Below, in pieces: positions 18,806 through 28,112 of a DNA stretch of 32,727 bases. Location: the sequence record SRR22947727_232; one strand, 5' to 3'. The position numbers and the translations under genes are program-made. The notes under the pieces are model-generated. The model did no database searches. It was not told the DNA's origin and was given only the letters and a program-made list of their open reading frames with translations. Numbering within the stretch: position 1 is the stretch's first letter; every line of letters starts with the position of its first letter.

Positions 18806-19423
18806 ATGACAAAATCACTTCGCCCTCCCCTGAAACCAATTATTTTTCTAGTCTGTCTTTGGCCCCTATTTTCTATTGGCTACACTATTTACAATGATAA
18901 TTTAGGAGCAAATCCAATTGAATATATCGAGAAACATTTTGGGCTTTGGGCGCTAATATTTTTATGCCTCACACTCAGCCTGACGCCTTTAAAACGACTT
19001 ACTCAATTTGGTCAATGGATCCTATACCGTCGCATGTTAGGCTTATTTGTCTTTTTTTACGCGAGCATTCATTTGCTCATATATTTAGGGTTAGACTATC
19101 AATTTGCATGGACAGACATACAGGACGATATCTTGAAACATAAGTATGTACTCGTCGGTTTTCTTGCTTGGTTGTTGCTTATCCCACTGGCTTTCACTTC
19201 AACAAATACCATGATAAAAAAATTAAAAAAGCGTTGGAAATCTCTTCATCAACTCATTTATTTGGTTGCCATCTTGGCCATATTACATTTTTTCTGGTTG
19301 GTAAAAAAAGACCTAACTGAGCCAATTATCTATGGATCAATATTGGCTACCCTATTGCTAATCCGTGTTTATTATTTCGCAAAAAATAAACAATCAAAGA
19401 ACAAAAAAAATAATGAAAATTAA
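18806..19423 (+). CDS. msrQ: Heme-binding membrane subunit MsrQ (YedZ)
   Basis: LGANPIE, RRMLGL..FFYASIH, WKSLHQLIY...LHFFW; abuts msrP. Confidence 0.95.
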   Translation: MTKSLRPPLKPIIFLVCLWPLFSIGYTIYNDNLGANPIEYIEKHFGLWALIFLCLTLSLTPLKRLTQFGQWILYRRMLGLFVFFYASIHLLIYLGLDYQFAWTDIQDDILKHKYVLVGFLAWLLLIPLAFTSTNTMIKKLKKRWKSLHQLIYLVAILAILHFFWLVKKDLTEPIIYGSILATLLLIRVYYFAKNKQSKNKKNNEN

Positions 19424-19787
19424 ACAAGTTTTATTTGATGGCAAGTGTGGTCTTTGCAATAAAGAAATACTTTATTATCAATCAATCGCGCCTAAAGGAA
19501 AGTTTGAGTGGGTCGATATCACCTTGCCTGAAAATTTAGCCCGCTATCCTGAAATTACTTTACGTGATGCGCTGATGAGTCTTCATGTGGTGGAAGAAAA
19601 AACTATAAAATCAGGCGTAGATGCATTCATTTCGATCTGGTCTGAGTTGCGTTACTTTAGATTGCTCAGCTTGTTTGTCAGGCTCCCCATTATTTATCAA
19701 GTCGCTGTTGTTTTTTATAAGCTCTTTGCATACTATCGCTTCAAAAATTTAGCCCACTGTCAGTTGGTGGATAAAAAAAATAAGTAG
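19413..19787 (+). CDS. DCC-family (DUF393) thiol-disulfide oxidoreductase-like protein
   Basis: FDGKCGLC (DxxCxxC) and GVDAF; start moved to ATG 19413, overlapping the msrQ end. Confidence 0.85.
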   Translation: MKIKQVLFDGKCGLCNKEILYYQSIAPKGKFEWVDITLPENLARYPEITLRDALMSLHVVEEKTIKSGVDAFISIWSELRYFRLLSLFVRLPIIYQVAVVFYKLFAYYRFKNLAHCQLVDKKNK

Positions 19788-19858
19788 TTAAATTTTTTTT
19801 GGAACTAATTAGTCACATATCAGACGAATTGTCTTTAAATAAAGGTATATTTATAAAC

Positions 19859-20377
19859 ATGAAAAAATCAATTTTAATCCTATCAGTTCTTTTTGCCATA
19901 TCAGCAAAAGCAGACCACCACAAGCAGGTCAATATTGAATTAAGTGACGTGGACAAATGTTATTCCAAGGTAGTAGATAAGTACCCAGGTCATGTAGTTT
20001 CAATGGAATCTGAAATTGAAGATGGGCGTCTTATTTACGAATTTGATGTAAAAACAAAAGATGGTAGAGAGGTCGAAGTTGAGTGTGATGCACGTAAGCA
20101 TACCCTTCATGACGATGAGGTTGAGCTCAAAAAAGGAGATAAAAAATTTGCTGCCGCCGCTAAAATTTCTGAAAGTGAGGCTGAAAAAATAGCGCTTAAG
20201 CAATATAACGGCAAGATTGTTGACCGCGAGTATGCGATGGAAAATGGAAAACCTGTATACGAATTTGATATTTATGTTGCCAAAAAAGGTCACGAATATG
20301 AAGTTGAAGTGGATGCGGTAACGGGTGAAATCTTGGAAGTCGAGATGGAGTTATATGATATTGGATCCGAAGATTAA
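19859..20377 (+). CDS. Periplasmic tandem two-PepSY-domain protein, lanpepsy (LanP)-like
   Basis: Signal peptide MKKSIL..AKA from ATG 19859; two repeats YEFDV..EVEVECDA and YEFDI..EYEVEVDAVTGEIL; very Glu/Asp-rich. Confidence 0.8.
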   Translation: MKKSILILSVLFAISAKADHHKQVNIELSDVDKCYSKVVDKYPGHVVSMESEIEDGRLIYEFDVKTKDGREVEVECDARKHTLHDDEVELKKGDKKFAAAAKISESEAEKIALKQYNGKIVDREYAMENGKPVYEFDIYVAKKGHEYEVEVDAVTGEILEVEMELYDIGSED

Positions 20378-20384
20378 ATTTCTT

Positions 20385-20425
20385 ATGACATAAAAAAAGG
20401 AGCATAGCTCCTTTTTTTATGTCAT
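20385..20425. terminator. Bidirectional intrinsic terminator
   Basis: Perfect 19-bp IR ATGACATAAAAAAAGGAGC-ATA-GCTCCTTTTTTTATGTCAT between convergent genes. Confidence 0.92.
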
Positions 20426-20435
20426 TTAAATAAAC

Positions 20436-21326
20436 TTATTCCACTGTCATAAATGTTGAAAATGGACCACTGCCAATTGCGTAAACTTGATATTCATTGG
20501 CAGGTAATCCTCCATCTTCTGACATCCACATACTTGATGCTTGGTTCACGCCAAAACTTATCGTAAACACAGAAGAGCTCGATGTTACCACTACAGGGGT
20601 TGTGAATGTTTGAACACCAAAGAGTCGATCCGCGGTTTGAACAGCACCTGCAACCATACCAGTAGAATTAGTAATTAAATCAGCAGATATCGTACCACCA
20701 GTGACTGCGATGGCATCTTCTGAATAATCATCTGGTCCAAAAACATCGAGAATTTCTGTATAAGTCCCTGCTGTACCTCCCGCGCCCCCACATTCAACCA
20801 AATTTGTTCCATCTTCGTCCCAAGTTTCCGAATTTGAAGAATGCTCGGTGGAATCCTTTGTCCAGCAATAATTACCACTTGCTCCACTGTCGTAGGTATG
20901 CATGGTATTGGTGAATTGTTTTTTTGCCTTAATACCGAAGGTGTTTGCCATTAATATATAGCCATAAGAATAAGAACCATTTGCCGGTCTTGTAACATCG
21001 GATAAGGTCATCTCGCTCCCCGCAGCTAAGTTGACATCTTGACCGTCAGGGCTGTTAATGACATCGACACAAGAGCTCACATCATATGTTGCCAAAGCTG
21101 TTGGTCTTGTAGGAGATGATGTGCACAGTGCCAATTTATATATTTTTACTGTATATTCATCCGGTGCGAATGAGCAGTTTGCTTCACTTTGATCGCCTGT
21201 AAACGTAATCACGCCATTGGCATCTTCTTCTGCAACACCCTCATCATTACAATATCCTTGCGCTTTTACGTTTGAAAAAAAACTCAACATTGTGAGGGTT
21301 ACAATGATTTTAAGCCAATTCATCAT
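20436..21326 (-). CDS. Secreted beta-rich hypothetical protein, partner of the upstream inverse-autotransporter barrel
   Basis: Signal peptide (VKA/Q); six Cys; Thr/Ser/Gly/Asp-rich; ATGA overlap with upstream stop. Confidence 0.8.
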   Translation of the reverse strand: MMNWLKIIVTLTMLSFFSNVKAQGYCNDEGVAEEDANGVITFTGDQSEANCSFAPDEYTVKIYKLALCTSSPTRPTALATYDVSSCVDVINSPDGQDVNLAAGSEMTLSDVTRPANGSYSYGYILMANTFGIKAKKQFTNTMHTYDSGASGNYCWTKDSTEHSSNSETWDEDGTNLVECGGAGGTAGTYTEILDVFGPDDYSEDAIAVTGGTISADLITNSTGMVAGAVQTADRLFGVQTFTTPVVVTSSSSVFTISFGVNQASSMWMSEDGGLPANEYQVYAIGSGPFSTFMTVE

Positions 21327-22330
21327 ACGCCAACCGCCTTAGCAATAAATCCACCGCCAATCTGCTTCACAATAATATTCTCACGTCTGACTTTTTCGTA
21401 TCTTCTGTCTTCCATGCTCTCTAACTTATAAGCGGTATCGTTAAACCATTGAATAGGTTGTTTAGGTTTATTGCTAAACGCCTCAGTCACATTAAATATC
21501 GCTGTGAAGTAGTTGGAATCCTTGTCATCATCTTTGAAGGTACGACCGGCTTGAATCTCAAGACCTGGCAGTATGGGCACATAAGCTCTCAATTGCGCAT
21601 CATTTCCCTTAATATCTTTACGACCGTCTTCACCACTCCATTCATAACGTTTTACAAATACGGTGGCCCAGTTCATATAAGGCAGCGGTAAACCGGCTTC
21701 GATATCCCAACCATCTAAAGCTCTTTCTTGTAATCCATTTTTACCTGTCTTCCACTTGGTGGTAGCTTGGTACATATTGGCATTGATTTCACCGACGGTA
21801 GATCTGGCTTCTAAACCGATACTGTATCGGCCATGGTCATAAGGGAATTCGTGATCATAAAATGCATTCACACCCAACATGAGTGTATTGTCTGAAACTA
21901 GTCGACGATAACCTAAACCGGCGTTTAGTGTGGTTCTATTATCGGTATAAAATGCACTGACTTGGGTAAATATCGTATTCTCAATATCTTTTTGATCGGA
22001 AAGTGGTGCCACCACTAAAATCCCGGTGGTCGGTTTTTGACCTTCTTTGGTTTCGAAACTCACTTCTACTGTGGGAAAGTATTTTTCTAAAAAGCTTTGA
22101 GTAAAACCTACCCCTTGATCTGTTGCGGCTTCAATCACTTGACTCTGCGCACCCTCTAAGTCACCAGCGGCCAACATTGTAGTAAGGTCAATAAAAGCAG
22201 AACGATCTTCGTCGTTGGTTGTTGCGTCATTCACAGGCGCTTCTTCGACACTAGTGGATTTAGATTTCCAGCCTGCGAGAGCAACTGAAGTAACGAGCAA
22301 AAGAGGTAATGTAAGTAAGTATTTTTTCAT
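21323..22330 (-). CDS. Inverse autotransporter (intimin/invasin) beta-domain protein lacking a passenger
   Basis: TLNAGLGYR, LGVNAFYD, RYSIGLE, NMY, ERALDGWDIE and linker RYEKVRRENIIV; protein ends ~14 aa after the linker. Confidence 0.88.
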   Translation of the reverse strand: MKKYLLTLPLLLVTSVALAGWKSKSTSVEEAPVNDATTNDEDRSAFIDLTTMLAAGDLEGAQSQVIEAATDQGVGFTQSFLEKYFPTVEVSFETKEGQKPTTGILVVAPLSDQKDIENTIFTQVSAFYTDNRTTLNAGLGYRRLVSDNTLMLGVNAFYDHEFPYDHGRYSIGLEARSTVGEINANMYQATTKWKTGKNGLQERALDGWDIEAGLPLPYMNWATVFVKRYEWSGEDGRKDIKGNDAQLRAYVPILPGLEIQAGRTFKDDDKDSNYFTAIFNVTEAFSNKPKQPIQWFNDTAYKLESMEDRRYEKVRRENIIVKQIGGGFIAKAVGV

Positions 22331-22450
22331 CTAAATAAATTAAATTCTATCTAGATATAGATTTTAATAGATAAATTTTTTTATTGCAATCAATTTTTTC
22401 TTTTCCTAATCAATGATATATCTAAACTAAAACATTGTATGATATGAGCT

Positions 22451-23098
22451 ATGGATAATCAAAATCATACTTCGTCCAGCAGTCGACTTTGGCTTCCTTT
22501 AACTCTTATATTGTTGGTCTTTATTATGGGGTTAATGTCTTTCATGGATGCAGATGAACAGAGTAAGCTTCTCTCTGAACACGGCTTATTCGAAAGTCTA
22601 ACCGTTTATTTATACATTCTTTGTCTAATTTTAATTCTTATTTTTTGGTCCTGGAAAAAAATAATATCAAAGTGGTACCTCTCAGCCCTCATTATTCTAT
22701 TTGCACTTCGTGAACTTGATTACGATAAAGCACACTTTACTCACGGGGTTTTAAAGTCCAGACAGTATTTTTCAGATCTTGTTGGCTTTCCAGAGCTCAT
22801 AGCATCAATCAGTATCCTTATTTTCATAGTTCTTGTTTTAGGCTCAATAATCATTAAGGAGAAAGATAGTTTTATTGAAGGTATTAAAAGTTTAAAACAA
22901 AGTCAGCTTGCCATTTTAGCCAGCATAATTCTCATTATTTTTACTAAGACTATTGATGGAGCAGAAAGGAAGTTTGGTATTGATTTAACGGCTTCATATG
23001 AGCGGTTGGCATTGATTATTGAGGAGGTTGGTGAGATGGGTATTCCTATTATGTTTGCTGTTGCAATACTTTCATGGCGGAACAAAAACCAGACTTAA
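22451..23098 (+). CDS. Hypothetical integral membrane protein
   Basis: About six hydrophobic segments; SEHGLFE, RELDY, EEVGE charged motifs. Confidence 0.75.
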   Translation: MDNQNHTSSSSRLWLPLTLILLVFIMGLMSFMDADEQSKLLSEHGLFESLTVYLYILCLILILIFWSWKKIISKWYLSALIILFALRELDYDKAHFTHGVLKSRQYFSDLVGFPELIASISILIFIVLVLGSIIIKEKDSFIEGIKSLKQSQLAILASIILIIFTKTIDGAERKFGIDLTASYERLALIIEEVGEMGIPIMFAVAILSWRNKNQT

Positions 23099-23216
23099 GA
23101 GTCAGTCTTATTTAAGCGATTTTCTTCTTTTACTTAAAACATTTTATATTAAGTAATTTGAGTTCAGTTAAAATACGTTATCTGCCCTTAACTTTAATAT
23201 AAGAAAAAAGGCTTGC

Positions 23217-25040
23217 ATGTTTCAATGGTTTGAAAATTTAATTAACCCTTTCCCAAAGGACTTAATAGAGACACCCCCTAAATCTTTATTAAAATTTGCT
23301 TGGTTATGCATTAAAGACATTAAAGTTTATATAGGCTTGATGGCCCTTTTAACTGCCGTTATAGCAAGTTTTGAGGCTATTTTATATGCTATTTTAGGTA
23401 AACTCATTGACCTCATGGTAGCAAGCGGTCCCACTGAATTTTTTAATAATCACATGGCTTTCCTTCTTATAGTGGGGGCAATCATAATTGGGAGTACGCT
23501 TTTTGTTGCGCTAAGGACTATGGTAAAGCATCAAACCTTAGCGGGGACCTTTCCAATGAGGTTGAGGTGGAACTTTCATCGACTGCTTTTAAATCAAAGT
23601 ATTAATTTTTACAACAATGAGTTTTCTGGGCGAATCTCTGCCAAAGTTATGCAGACGACAATTGCCTTGAGGGATATGTGGTTTATATTATCTGATATTC
23701 TAGTTTTTGTAATTGTTTACATCGCTACCATGATTATTTTAGTGGGTAGCTTAAATACCTTGCTATATGCTCCTTTTCTAATTTGGCTGACTGCTTACGT
23801 CATAAGTCTTTATTATTTCATTCCAAAACTCGCAAAGCTCTCAAAAAATCAAGCGGATGCCCGATCCATGATGACTGGCAGAATAACGGATGCCTATACG
23901 AATATAAGCACCGTTAAGCTTTTCTCTCATGCAGGGAGGGAGTCAAGTTATGCTAAAGATTCAATGAAGGATTTCCTTCGTACTGTCACACTTCAAATGC
24001 GAAAGATTACAGCTATTCAAATTATTAATCATTTTCTGAGTATGTTTTTAATTTTAGCAACGACTGGCACGGCTATTTTTCTATGGTCCAACAACGAAAT
24101 TGCTATTGGTGTTGTTGCGGCAGCAACAGCCATGTCACTCAGATTGAATGGCATATCGCATTGGGTGATGTGGGAAATGACCTCCCTTTATGAGCAAATA
24201 GGTATCGGTCAAGATGGCCTTAATATGCTTTCAAAAAAACAAATAGTGAATGACAAACCCAATGCCTCAAAGATTGATATTAAGAAAGCATCTATTTCAT
24301 TCAAGAATGTTTATTTTTCATATCACCCGAATGATAGTTTTTTTTCTGAGTTTAATTTGAATATAAAGAATGGAGAGAGAGTGGGCATCGTAGGAAGGTC
24401 AGGTGCTGGAAAGTCATCTCTAGTAAATTTATTGCTTAGATTCTATGAATTAGATTCAGGCGAGATTTTAATAAACAATAAAAATATCACTTCAATTACT
24501 CAAGATAGCTTGAGGTCCAATATCGCAATGGTCACTCAAGATACATCCTTACTTCATCGATCCATTGAAGACAATATTGCCTACAGCAAACCAAGCTCAT
24601 CAGATAAAGAGATTGTTATGGCAGCTAAAAAGGCACAGGCACATGAATTTATTATGGGCCTCAAAGATCAGTATGGAAATATTGGTTATAAATCATTAGT
24701 CGGGGAAAGAGGCGTTAAGCTTTCGGGTGGTCAGAAACAAAGAATTGCGATAGCAAGAGTCATCCTTAAGAACGCCCCTATACTCTTACTCGATGAAGCG
24801 ACAAGTGCATTGGATTCTGGGGTAGAAGCGATTATTCAAGAAAGTTTAGATATCCTTATGCAAGGAAAGACTGTCATTGCCATCGCTCATAGGTTATCTA
24901 CTATTGCCGCAATGGATCGACTGATTGTAATGGATAATGGCAAAATTATTGAAGATGGAAATCATAAGGCTCTCTTGAAGAAAAAAGGTCTTTACTACGA
25001 TTTGTGGCAACACCAAAGTGGGGGCTTCATTGGTGATTAA
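23217..25040 (+). CDS. ABC exporter, fused permease/ATP-binding (multidrug type)
   Basis: N-terminal TM domain; GRSGAGKS, LSGGQKQR, ILLLDEATSALD, IAHRLST. Confidence 0.93.
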   Translation: MFQWFENLINPFPKDLIETPPKSLLKFAWLCIKDIKVYIGLMALLTAVIASFEAILYAILGKLIDLMVASGPTEFFNNHMAFLLIVGAIIIGSTLFVALRTMVKHQTLAGTFPMRLRWNFHRLLLNQSINFYNNEFSGRISAKVMQTTIALRDMWFILSDILVFVIVYIATMIILVGSLNTLLYAPFLIWLTAYVISLYYFIPKLAKLSKNQADARSMMTGRITDAYTNISTVKLFSHAGRESSYAKDSMKDFLRTVTLQMRKITAIQIINHFLSMFLILATTGTAIFLWSNNEIAIGVVAAATAMSLRLNGISHWVMWEMTSLYEQIGIGQDGLNMLSKKQIVNDKPNASKIDIKKASISFKNVYFSYHPNDSFFSEFNLNIKNGERVGIVGRSGAGKSSLVNLLLRFYELDSGEILINNKNITSITQDSLRSNIAMVTQDTSLLHRSIEDNIAYSKPSSSDKEIVMAAKKAQAHEFIMGLKDQYGNIGYKSLVGERGVKLSGGQKQRIAIARVILKNAPILLLDEATSALDSGVEAIIQESLDILMQGKTVIAIAHRLSTIAAMDRLIVMDNGKIIEDGNHKALLKKKGLYYDLWQHQSGGFIGD

Positions 25041-25099
25041 AAAAGATATGGGAAAATTCGTTTTTTAAAGGTTATTTGAATTTTAATGAAAATACTTAC

Positions 25100-25127
25100 T
25101 TGGCAAACGAGATAAGTTGTGTATATT
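25100..25127 (+). promoter_or_regulatory. Possible sigma70 promoter for the cytochrome c/dehydrogenase pair
   Basis: TTGGCA-16 nt-TATATT, with TGTG just before the -10. Confidence 0.3.
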
Positions 25128-25204
25128 AATTATTAAGTCTTATTAATTTTTTTTAAGATTTTATTTTTTTAATTTTTGTATTTTTTAATAATTTTGTTAG
25201 GTGA

Positions 25205-25543
25205 TTGCAATTGAAATATTTTAGTATTACTAGTTTTTTTGGCATTTTATTTTATTTTTCAAGTTTCCAGGTTTTAGCAGGCAGTATTGAGGCTGGTAAA
25301 ATTCGATATGATAAAACATGTATTAATTGTCATGGTCCTGCAGGTAAAGGCGCTGCTAGTTATCCAAAAATTTCCGGTAAAGAAATCCCATACATAACTG
25401 ATAAGCTTGAAACATATCGATCAGGTACTAAGATTGGTCCAAATTCAGGGTTAATGATTATGATGGCTAAACCTCTAACGGATGAAGAAATTGCTGATTT
25501 AGCAGCATATTTAAAAGATGCAAAATATGAAGTTAATAACTAG
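25205..25543 (+). CDS. Monoheme class I cytochrome c (c553/c4-like)
   Basis: Signal peptide; CINCH heme motif; YPKISG; distal Met in LMIMMA; LTDEEIADLAAYL. Confidence 0.92.
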   Translation: MQLKYFSITSFFGILFYFSSFQVLAGSIEAGKIRYDKTCINCHGPAGKGAASYPKISGKEIPYITDKLETYRSGTKIGPNSGLMIMMAKPLTDEEIADLAAYLKDAKYEVNN

Positions 25544-25555
25544 GAGAAAAGTAAT

Positions 25556-26869
25556 ATGAAATTATTAAGTAAGTTTGGCTTAGTATTTTCTGCTTTAATC
25601 TCTGCTGTAACATTTACGTCAACAGCAGTTTATGCAGATGATCACGGCTCTAAGGGAATGAATGTTCCTAAGATCGGATCTATGGTAGTAATGTCTGGGT
25701 TGGAAAATCCATGGGATATGGCTTTTACTTCAGATGGTTCTATGTTTTACACTGAAAAATGTAAAGGTCTTTCAGTAAAAACAGCATCTGGAAAAGTAAA
25801 CGCGCTTTACGGCATGAAAGATTCCAAAGGTTACAAAAGTGCTGGTAACGACCTCTTTTGTAGTGGTCAAGCTGGTATGTTAGGTGTTGTTTTAGACCCT
25901 AACTTCAAGAAGAACAATACAATTTATGTGTATTCAACTTCATCAAAGTATCATGGATCTGGCTGTAAAACTAACTTTGAAAAATGCGATGGTAACATTG
26001 TCATGAAATTCAAAGTGAATAAAGATCTATCAAAAGTATCTGGTCGTACTGATATTGTGAAAGATATTCAGTATAAGCCTTTTGAATCTAACCAACCTTT
26101 TGGTGGTCCAGGTGCTCACAATGGTGGAAGAATGGCCTTTGGCCCAGAAGGATATCTTTGGGTAGGTACAGGCGATCGTCATAGAGGTGTATGTCCTCAA
26201 GATAACTCTTTAGTATGTGGTGTCGTTCTAAGAATTGATGCTGATGGTAAAGGTCATCCTAAAAACAAAATAAAAGCGGATAAACGTTTTTATACATATG
26301 GTCATAGAAATGTTCAAGGTATTGATTTCCGTCCTACAGATGGTCAAGCATTTACTGCTGAGCATGGACCTTGGCACAACGACGAAATTACTGCGCTAGT
26401 AAATGGTGGTAATGGTGGTTGGGATCCTGCTGAAAAAAGAGCGGGTAGAGGTGCTTGTCCAGATATGTACTGTGGTTATGAGCCAAATCAAATGGAAGGT
26501 ATGACACCTGCTGTTAGAGCTGCTTATACACCTATGAGTGACACTCGCTTTGATGACTTAATGTTCCCAGCTTGGCAAAATAACGGTTATTCACAAGGTA
26601 CTGGTTCTGCTGCATTCTTAACAGGAAAGAACTGGGGTATTTATGAAAATCGTTTAGCAACTGGCATCATGGGTATTGGTTTTGGTGGTACACCAGGTGG
26701 CATGCGTATCGATATTGTTGATATTGCACCTGATGGATTATCAGTTAAGAGTGTTATCCATATGCCTGTTGGCGTTTCAAAGAGATTCCGTGGTCTAGAA
26801 ATGGGTCCTGATAATGCTCTTTATGCAACAACTGACGAAGGTGAAATTTATAAAATTTCAGCTATGTAA
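25556..26869 (+). CDS. PQQ-dependent glucose/sorbosone dehydrogenase (GSDH) family beta-propeller protein
   Basis: GLENPWDMAF, HNGGRMAFGPEGYLWVGTGD, YGHRNVQG, EHGP; GGAG RBS; signal peptide. Confidence 0.9.
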   Translation: MKLLSKFGLVFSALISAVTFTSTAVYADDHGSKGMNVPKIGSMVVMSGLENPWDMAFTSDGSMFYTEKCKGLSVKTASGKVNALYGMKDSKGYKSAGNDLFCSGQAGMLGVVLDPNFKKNNTIYVYSTSSKYHGSGCKTNFEKCDGNIVMKFKVNKDLSKVSGRTDIVKDIQYKPFESNQPFGGPGAHNGGRMAFGPEGYLWVGTGDRHRGVCPQDNSLVCGVVLRIDADGKGHPKNKIKADKRFYTYGHRNVQGIDFRPTDGQAFTAEHGPWHNDEITALVNGGNGGWDPAEKRAGRGACPDMYCGYEPNQMEGMTPAVRAAYTPMSDTRFDDLMFPAWQNNGYSQGTGSAAFLTGKNWGIYENRLATGIMGIGFGGTPGGMRIDIVDIAPDGLSVKSVIHMPVGVSKRFRGLEMGPDNALYATTDEGEIYKISAM

Positions 26870-26903
26870 TATGTAAATGTTTACATGAAATTCTGTGTGA
26901 ATA

Positions 26904-26938
26904 AAAAAACCCTCATTAGAAATTAATGAGGGTTTTTT
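26904..26938. terminator. Bidirectional intrinsic terminator
   Basis: 15-bp IR AAAAAACCCTCATTA-GAAAT-TAATGAGGGTTTTTT between convergent genes. Confidence 0.9.
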
Positions 26939-27230
26939 ACATTTGGCTATTCACAAAGCATTTAAAGGTGCCATTTAATATATTTTTTTTGGCTCCCTCA
27001 TTGCTTATATGATCAACTTTAATACTTATTATTTCGAAACGGGTTCCGCAAACCTCGTTTACTTTATTTTGAAAAATATCCCTTAATTTTTTTTTTGAAG
27101 AATCAGCATCGCCTGTAATAAAGAAATTATATTTATCGGCTCCTTGAGGGGATAATTTTGTTTCTAAGCTACTTGCCTGAGTTGTGGCAAAAGATAGTGC
27201 TAATAAAAAAAACAGGTTTATTTTTTTCAT
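26937..27230 (-). CDS. Small exported hypothetical protein
   Basis: MKKINLFFLLALSFATTQA signal peptide from ATG 27230; two Cys. Confidence 0.7.
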   Translation of the reverse strand: MKKINLFFLLALSFATTQASSLETKLSPQGADKYNFFITGDADSSKKKLRDIFQNKVNEVCGTRFEIISIKVDHISNEGAKKNILNGTFKCFVNSQM

Positions 27231-27302
27231 AATAATCAAATTAGCTACAAGAAAGCAAATAGAGGTGATACAAAAATTTAGCAGTATTTTTAGGCTTACT
27301 TG

Positions 27303-27713
27303 TTACTTGCACTTACCTTTAAATTTTGTTGCGGCTGTAAAACTGCTTCCATCACAAGTCCCAATTCTTTTGGAAATAGTTTCGATCATGCCAGAAGTGC
27401 GATTCAGTTTAACGTTTAATAAAGAAGTGTCGCAATCATTGCTAACTTGAGTAGTTTCTAAAACAATCTGGGTGTCTTCTTTGACATATTTTGAAGAGCC
27501 TTTGACGGCACCATAATCAAATGTCTTACTTTTATAAGTCATTGAATCTATAAGAATAGAATCATCTCTGACTTGAAGCTTCAGCGAAATTTTAGATGTA
27601 TTTTCTAACACATCATTTCTATATTTACTTTCCTCTCCTTCACAAATTAATTTAAATTCATCAGCTAGAACAAAGTTGGGAATGGTTAATGCGATAAGCA
27701 GTAGTTTTTTCAT
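27303..27713 (-). CDS. Small exported hypothetical protein
   Basis: MKKLLLIALTIPNFVLA signal; four Cys; LNRTSG and terminal GKCK. Confidence 0.8.
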   Translation of the reverse strand: MKKLLLIALTIPNFVLADEFKLICEGEESKYRNDVLENTSKISLKLQVRDDSILIDSMTYKSKTFDYGAVKGSSKYVKEDTQIVLETTQVSNDCDTSLLNVKLNRTSGMIETISKRIGTCDGSSFTAATKFKGKCK

Positions 27714-27717
27714 CCTT

Positions 27718-28110
27718 TCATTCTACCTGATATTCTGGGTTTGCCTCCAACCATTCTTCTTCAGTGACCCCTTTCTCACAAGCTAAACATTTAGGCACGA
27801 GACCACGGCAACAGGCTCTAGGCGCTTTATTACTTAATGCTGACCAATGTAAACTACACTTGTATTCACATATCACCAATGAAGACTGATTTTGTTTTTT
27901 ACATTTTGTTTGTGCGGTGTCCACGCCTGTATAGGCTTTACAAAGTTTCATCATTTTATCTATTGGGTAATCTTCTTTACTGGGATCATACAATAGCCTT
28001 CCTTGGTAAGCATTTGATTCACTGGGTTCAAAAAATTCTGATTTAGAGTCACCTGCTATGGCACAGGTAGCGATGGCAATAACAAAACACATGAGTATAA
28101 GATATTTCAT
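27718..28110 (-). CDS. Small Cys-rich exported hypothetical protein
   Basis: Signal ending AIA; eight Cys in mature part including CCRGLVPKCLAC. Confidence 0.75.
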   Translation of the reverse strand: MKYLILMCFVIAIATCAIAGDSKSEFFEPSESNAYQGRLLYDPSKEDYPIDKMMKLCKAYTGVDTAQTKCKKQNQSSLVICEYKCSLHWSALSNKAPRACCRGLVPKCLACEKGVTEEEWLEANPEYQVE

Positions 28111-28112
28111 TT

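Noticed and set aside
22348-22357. Palindrome TATCTAGATA upstream of the inverse autotransporter
   Set aside because: Only 10 bp in very AT-rich DNA; expected by chance
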